From: Candidatus Hydrogenedentota bacterium
GTDB lineage: Bacteria > Hydrogenedentota > Hydrogenedentia > Hydrogenedentales > JAEUWI01
Assembly (NCBI GenBank): GCA_034669905.1
Contig: JAXMOL010000048.1
Coordinates: forward strand, 1 to 56,749
Direction of reading: 5' to 3'
DNA: 56,749 nucleotides
Under the pieces are notes generated by a model. The model was not told the origin of the DNA, searched no databases, and saw only the letters and a list, made by a program, of their open reading frames with translations. Position numbers and translations under genes: made by a program. Each line of letters begins with the position of its first letter. Positions within the stretch are counted from its first letter, which is position 1. Shown piece by piece: positions 52,032-56,749 of this stretch.

Positions 52032-53000
52032 TCAGTCGCTGGGCTCAGGCCGGTGAACGACCAGCACCTCGCCCACTTCCGGGCGCTTTCCCAACCCCGG
52101 CCAAAGCCAGGGTATGGGCTTCTGGCGAAAGGCAACGCGGAGGGTCAGTGTTCCTTTTCCCGTCGCCACCTTAACCAGGGGGCGATTTTCCAGGATGGTG
52201 CCCGGAGCCGCCTCCACCGGCGTGGGGTCAAAGTTAACCCGGTGCACAAAGACCAGACAGTTGCGCCACAGGAAGCGCACGCAGGGCTGGGGCGACATGC
52301 CGCGCACCTGACGATCAATCTCCTCGGCGGGTTGCTCCCAGTCAATCCACGCGTCTTCCGTCTGCGGCTTCTTTTCGTAGCTCGCCTGACTGACATCCTG
52401 GGGCGTCGACGTGGCGGTTCCGTCTGCAATGCGATCCACCACCCCCACTACTTCCTGGCCCGCCAGGTTGCAGGCCTCGCGGTAGACCCCCAGCATGGTC
52501 GATTTCTCGGTGAGCGCCAGGGGGAACTGGGCGACGATGTCTCCCGTGTCGATGTCCTCATCCATCCAGTGAAAGGTCACGCCCGTTTCTTCGTCCTGCC
52601 CCAGGATGGCCGCCGAAAAAGGATTGGGACCACGGTGGCGCGGCAACAAAGAGGAATGGGTATTGAGGCACCCTTTCGCGGGCAGATCGAGGAGGGGCTT
52701 TTTCAGGATGAGACTGAAACCGCCCACCAGGATGAGATCGAGATTGAGTTCCTGGAGGGGAGCCACCTCTTCCTCCGTCATCCGATCGATATAGTGGATG
52801 GGTATGCCGTGTTTCCAGGCCTGCCCCCCGAGACTGAAGGAACCGCGAAAGTAGCGGGCAAGCACGGGACCCAGCGGGCGGCGAATTCCTTTGGTGTTGC
52901 GGCCATCCAGAAGCACGGCCACGACCTCGTGCTTTGAGGCGAGCAAGGGGGTCAGCATCCGCACACTCAGGGTGCCACTACCCACGAGAGCAATTCGCAT
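52032..53000 (-). CDS. Formyltransferase (Fmt/ArnA-N family)
   Basis: NTHSSLLPRHRGPNP, ETGVTFH.MDEDIDTGDI, IDW; lacks the usual Fmt N-terminal MGTP.F. Confidence 0.8.
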   Translation of the reverse strand: MRIALVGSGTLSVRMLTPLLASKHEVVAVLLDGRNTKGIRRPLGPVLARYFRGSFSLGGQAWKHGIPIHYIDRMTEEEVAPLQELNLDLILVGGFSLILKKPLLDLPAKGCLNTHSSLLPRHRGPNPFSAAILGQDEETGVTFHWMDEDIDTGDIVAQFPLALTEKSTMLGVYREACNLAGQEVVGVVDRIADGTATSTPQDVSQASYEKKPQTEDAWIDWEQPAEEIDRQVRGMSPQPCVRFLWRNCLVFVHRVNFDPTPVEAAPGTILENRPLVKVATGKGTLTLRVAFRQKPIPWLWPGLGKRPEVGEVLVVHRPEPSD

Positions 53001-53449
53001 CAGAACGCCTTTCCTGAATCCAGCATCAGGGTTACCGGACCGTCATTCAGCAGCGCCACATCCATGTGGGCACCAAACTCACCTGTCGCCACGGCAACGC
53101 CCTTTTCTCGCAGGAGCGCTCCCACCTTCTCATAGAGGGGCACGGCCTTTTCGGGGCGGGCTGCCTTGATAAAGGATGGACGACGGCCTTTGCGACAATC
53201 TCCGTGAAGGGTAAACTGGGACACCAAGAGCACTTCACCGCCTATGTCGAGGAGCGAGCGGTTGAATTTACCGTCATCGTCATTAAAAATCCGAAGCCCA
53301 ACGATCTTGTCGGCCATGTAGACCGCATCCGATTCTTCGTCGTCCACATCAACGCCCAACAGGACCATGAGCCCCGGGCCAATGGCACCGATTACTTCTT
53401 CATTTACGGTCACCGAACTATGGCGGACCCGCTGTATCACCGCGCGCAA
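53000..53449 (-). CDS. dtd: D-aminoacyl-tRNA deacylase
   Basis: RAVIQRV, LRIF, SQFTL, KGRRPSF, NDGPVT. Confidence 0.96.
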   Translation of the reverse strand: MRAVIQRVRHSSVTVNEEVIGAIGPGLMVLLGVDVDDEESDAVYMADKIVGLRIFNDDDGKFNRSLLDIGGEVLLVSQFTLHGDCRKGRRPSFIKAARPEKAVPLYEKVGALLREKGVAVATGEFGAHMDVALLNDGPVTLMLDSGKAF

Positions 53450-53564
53450 TAAACTATCTCCTGAGGTTATGCCGGGAGTCTAGCAGCCCGGCCATTTCGA
53501 TGCAATTGGCGGACTGCTCCCGTGCTATACTCCATCGCCTGGATTCAACCACGAAAGACACCCC

Positions 53565-54395
53565 ATGGACCACCGCGAAGCAGGCCGCTACTGGAATGAA
53601 AACGCCGAAGGCTGGACCCAACTATCCCGTGCGGGCCACGATACCTTCCGCGACTGGGTGAACACGCCTGCCTTCCTGGAACTCCTCCCCGATGTCACGG
53701 AAAAACACGGACTCGACATTGGCTGTGGCGAAGGGCACAACACCCGCATCCTTTCCGAACGTTGCGCCCGGGTGACGGCCCTCGATTATTCGGAAGTCTT
53801 CATCCGCCATGCCCGGGCACACGAAGTGACGGAAACGCGGGGCATCTCTCATGTCCATGGCAATGCCCTGGAACTACCCTTTCCCGAGAACACCTTCGAC
53901 TTTGCCACCGCGTTTATGTCGCTCATGGAATTCCCGGAAACCAAGGAGGCGCTGGCCGAGGCGTACCGGGTCATCAAGCCCGGCGGCTTCCTCCAGTTTT
54001 CCATCACCCACCCCTGCTTCAACACCACGACTCGGAAGAACATTCGCGACGAAGCGGGAAAGGTCACTGCGGTGCAATACGGCGACTACTTCGCAGCAGC
54101 CCATGGCGAAATTGAAACCTGGACTTTTTCCACGGCCACGGAAGAAGTTCGAGGCGACATCCCCCTGTTCCGGGTGCCCGACTTTCGCAAGACCCTGAGC
54201 GAATGGGTCAATATCCTGGTGTCGGTCGGCTTTCAACTCCAGGCCATGCAGGAGCCCTGCCCCAGCGACGCGGCCCTCGCGGCACACCCCAGTCTTCAGG
54301 CAGGTCGCATCGCCCCCTTCTTTATCCACTTCCGCGCGCGGAAATCGCGAACGGCTATAGGCCAAGTGCCAAGCTATGAGAAAGGGTCCGGATAG
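53565..54395 (+). CDS. Class I SAM-dependent methyltransferase
   Basis: LDIGCGEG, LPFPENTFD, RVIKPGG, THPCF. Confidence 0.9.
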   Translation: MDHREAGRYWNENAEGWTQLSRAGHDTFRDWVNTPAFLELLPDVTEKHGLDIGCGEGHNTRILSERCARVTALDYSEVFIRHARAHEVTETRGISHVHGNALELPFPENTFDFATAFMSLMEFPETKEALAEAYRVIKPGGFLQFSITHPCFNTTTRKNIRDEAGKVTAVQYGDYFAAAHGEIETWTFSTATEEVRGDIPLFRVPDFRKTLSEWVNILVSVGFQLQAMQEPCPSDAALAAHPSLQAGRIAPFFIHFRARKSRTAIGQVPSYEKGSG

Positions 54396-54516
54396 TCCAC
54401 TAAGTGAGTGACCTATCATAGCCTGGTATCCGTGCCTCAGGGCTTGCTTCGATTTGCCGCCGTTCGCAGCGTCGCCACTTCGTGGCCAGATGCCAGTCCA
54501 GGTGGCGGAAGGACCG

Positions 54517-54684
54517 CCAAAGTGGGTTGGCCTTCCAAGCTGACGCAACGTGCCCGCGAGTTACCAGCTAGCGCGAGATCGTGGCTCGTCCGCTATTCTA
54601 TTCCAAGATGCTACTCGTAACATCCCGCCCCATTAACAGGTTAAAGTGGGCGGCGTGACAGGCTGGAAGCCTATCCCACTTTGG
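54517..54684. repeat. Degenerate REP-like inverted pair
   Basis: ccaaagtgggttggccttccaagctgac vs tgacaggctggaagcctatcccactttgg. Confidence 0.6.
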
Positions 54685-54890
54685 TCGCTGCGGGCAGTGT
54701 CCCGTTTCACCTATATGGACGGACCATCTTTGTGTGCAAATTAATCCGGAAGAACACACGCGGGAACAATAGCGTCGGCAGCGCAACTCGGATTCAGGTG
54801 CTTTGACGCTCAGGTGCCCTAAATTCTTTCCCGCCGAGGTCGAACGCGGTAGACCCGACTGTTATACTCCGCGACAAAAAGGAGACATCA

Positions 54891-56426
54891 ATGAAGACCC
54901 TGACTACCGTACTCGGGTTTATTGCCCTAACGACCGCAACGCTCACGGGCCATGCCCAGGAAGCGAACACGCCGGCTCCGGCGGCAACTGTCATCGACGT
55001 GGGCAGTGAGAAGCAGCTCTTTATCGACGACCTCTTTTTCGCGACATCCCAGGGCATCCATCTCCAGGTGAATCCCGCGCGCAAGACCGGTGAACTGAAC
55101 GTCCAACGCGATAAGCCCTGGGAGAGCGCCACACTCAATTGGTTCTCTGTCATGGAAGATCGGGCGGGCACCCTCAAGGGGGACAATGCACCCCGCGCCA
55201 AATACCGCATGTGGTACGAAACCTACGACATCGAGGGGTGGCCGACTACAGACGACACTTCCTTTTGCTATGCCGAGTCGGCCGACGGCATCACCTGGCA
55301 CAAACCCAACCTGGGCCTCTTCTCCTACCAGGACACGACGGAGACCAACATCCTCTTTCGCCAGATAGGTCCCGAGGGCGCCCGTTCCCGGGTACATGGT
55401 GCTGCCGTCTTCAAAGACCCCAACGCACCCAAAGAAGAACGCTATAAGGCCGTGTCGCAGGGCTTGTTCTCCTCCAAGGGCACGCCGCCCTACTACGTGG
55501 CCGGCATGTATTCAGCCGACGGCCTCCGGTGGACGCGCTACCCCGACCCCATCTGCGAAATTTTCGCCGACAGCCAGTATTCGGGCTTCTGGGATGATCA
55601 GACCAATCAATACACCCTCTTTGGCCGGGTGAGTGGACGAGGCCGTGCCCTCGGCCGCACCGCCAGTGAAGACTTCACCTTTTTTGAACCCATGAAACTC
55701 GTGCTGGAGACGGACGAGAACGATCCCCCCAACAGTGACCTCTACAATCCTGCCGCCCATAAGTATCCCTATGCGGCCAATGCCTACTTCATGTTTCCCA
55801 GCCTCTTCCAGCACGACACCGAGACCCTCGACATTCACCTCGCCGTGAGCCGCGACGGGGTTAACTGGACCTGGCCGGAAAAAGGAAAGGCCTTCATCCC
55901 CCTGGGAAAACCCGGCGACTTTGATAGTGGCTCCCTCTATATGGGCCAGGGAATCCTTCGCGGGGGCGATGAATTGTTCCAATACTATGGGGGCTCCCCT
56001 ATCAAGCATAACGAGTCGAAGCTGGAGAACCTGGTACTCCCGGGAAACAGCCGCACCTTCAGCCGAGTGCGCTCCCGACTCGATGGCCTCGTTTCGGTGG
56101 AGGCCAAGGAAGAGAACAGTTTCTTTGTCACCCCCCCGCTCCAGTTCAAGGGCAACATCTTGAAACTGAATGCCCAGGTGCGGGACGGCGGTTATCTCCG
56201 CGTCGCGCTCCTTGATGAAGCGGGCAACGCCATCCCGGGAAAGACAACGGCCGAATGTGAGGCCATCACCGGTGATTCCGTCGATACCCTCGTTCTCTGG
56301 AAGGAGAATGGCGATCTTACCGCCCATGCCGGTGCCCCCATCCGCCTCCGGATTGAACTCCACAATGCCAGCCTCTACGCCTTTCGCTTCACCACGGGCT
56401 ACGCCGGTAAAGAGCGCGACCACTAA
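54891..56426 (+). CDS. Secreted five-bladed beta-propeller glycoside-hydrolase-like protein (GH32/43-like fold)
   Basis: aggaga RBS; signal peptide; QLFIDD; repeated SADG.TW / SRDG..W; C-terminal RLDG...LYAF beta-sandwich. Confidence 0.7.
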   Translation: MKTLTTVLGFIALTTATLTGHAQEANTPAPAATVIDVGSEKQLFIDDLFFATSQGIHLQVNPARKTGELNVQRDKPWESATLNWFSVMEDRAGTLKGDNAPRAKYRMWYETYDIEGWPTTDDTSFCYAESADGITWHKPNLGLFSYQDTTETNILFRQIGPEGARSRVHGAAVFKDPNAPKEERYKAVSQGLFSSKGTPPYYVAGMYSADGLRWTRYPDPICEIFADSQYSGFWDDQTNQYTLFGRVSGRGRALGRTASEDFTFFEPMKLVLETDENDPPNSDLYNPAAHKYPYAANAYFMFPSLFQHDTETLDIHLAVSRDGVNWTWPEKGKAFIPLGKPGDFDSGSLYMGQGILRGGDELFQYYGGSPIKHNESKLENLVLPGNSRTFSRVRSRLDGLVSVEAKEENSFFVTPPLQFKGNILKLNAQVRDGGYLRVALLDEAGNAIPGKTTAECEAITGDSVDTLVLWKENGDLTAHAGAPIRLRIELHNASLYAFRFTTGYAGKERDH

Positions 56427-56435
56427 ACGCCAATC

Positions 56436-56541
56436 GGGGACTGCCTCGACCACGCCCGCCAGGAAATAGTGCTATCGCCTCGTGTCGCAATCACCGACGC
56501 CCACAAGCGAAGGACACCTGGAAGTCGGGGCCGTCCCCCTC
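56436..56541. repeat. Right-half copy of the 8-219 palindromic element
   Basis: Starts ggggactgcctcgacc and ends gtcggggccgtccccctc; 106 bp, the same length as 114-219. Confidence 0.75.
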
Positions 56542-56659
56542 CCCACACCACAAACGTCGCTTGGATTCATATACTAAATGCAACACAGCTATACCCCCAA
56601 GCCTGGCAGCTGAATTTTTAGCGGCTGGGCCCTTAGAAGTTGTCTCGGATGCATTGGGG

Positions 56660-56746
56660 GCTTTTATGGGGCGCGGAACGTAGCCCGTGTTCGCCGCAGG
56701 CGAACTGCCCGAAGGGCAAGGGCGTAGTGGAGCGCCCCATAAAAGC
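56660..56746. repeat. Branched hairpin element
   Basis: gcttttatggggcgc / gcgccccataaaagc enclose gttcgccgcaggcgaac and tgcccgaagggca. Confidence 0.75.
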
Positions 56747-56749
56747 GGC

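Noticed and set aside
52032..53000. Assigning the symbol fmt
   Set aside because: Diagnostic Fmt motifs diverge and def is not adjacent, so the substrate is uncertain.
54400..54800. Small CDS or pseudogene in this gap
   Set aside because: The short ORFs lack an RBS and motifs; the region is explained by degenerate palindromic repeats.

Overview
GC-rich bacterial chromosomal window, mostly housekeeping and hydrolase genes. The lineage is most likely Candidatus Hydrogenedentes (inferred from the (Gly-Glu)n linker protein and the DUF1559 pilin-like paralogues; not proven). In order it holds: Tat-exported PhoD; prepilin/DUF1559 paralogue 1; an orphan AT-richer KAP NTPase; lutC plus a lutB-CCG fusion; a GntR-nanA-sialidase unit; a two-domain TlpA; RNase P RNA; PTS enzyme I; a beta-helix protein with a 42-unit GE linker and C-terminal anchor; DUF1559 paralogue 2; a block of secreted hydrolases including PepN; a hybrid histidine kinase; a radical SAM gene with a candidate SOS box; a reduced division cluster murC-ftsQ-ftsZ with no ftsA, where the ftsZ stop overlaps the start of a pilT-family ATPase; DUF1559 paralogue 3 with a long leader; pentapeptide/TerB/LRAT genes; and dtd-formyltransferase-GT2/TPR-GNAT, tRNA-Gly/Lys/Leu, tig-clpP-clpX-lon-engB. 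Several unrelated palindromic REP/MITE-like elements sit in intergenic spaces. The best candidates for an undescribed system are (i) the ftsA-less ftsZ-pilT coupling opposite a pilin-like gene, (ii) the DUF1559 family with conserved ends, variable middles and GGA-rich structured leaders, and (iii) the GE-linker/Gly-Cys C-terminal sorting signal. No CRISPR array, integrase, transposase or reverse transcriptase was seen. All calls come from motif reading by eye; no searches were run.
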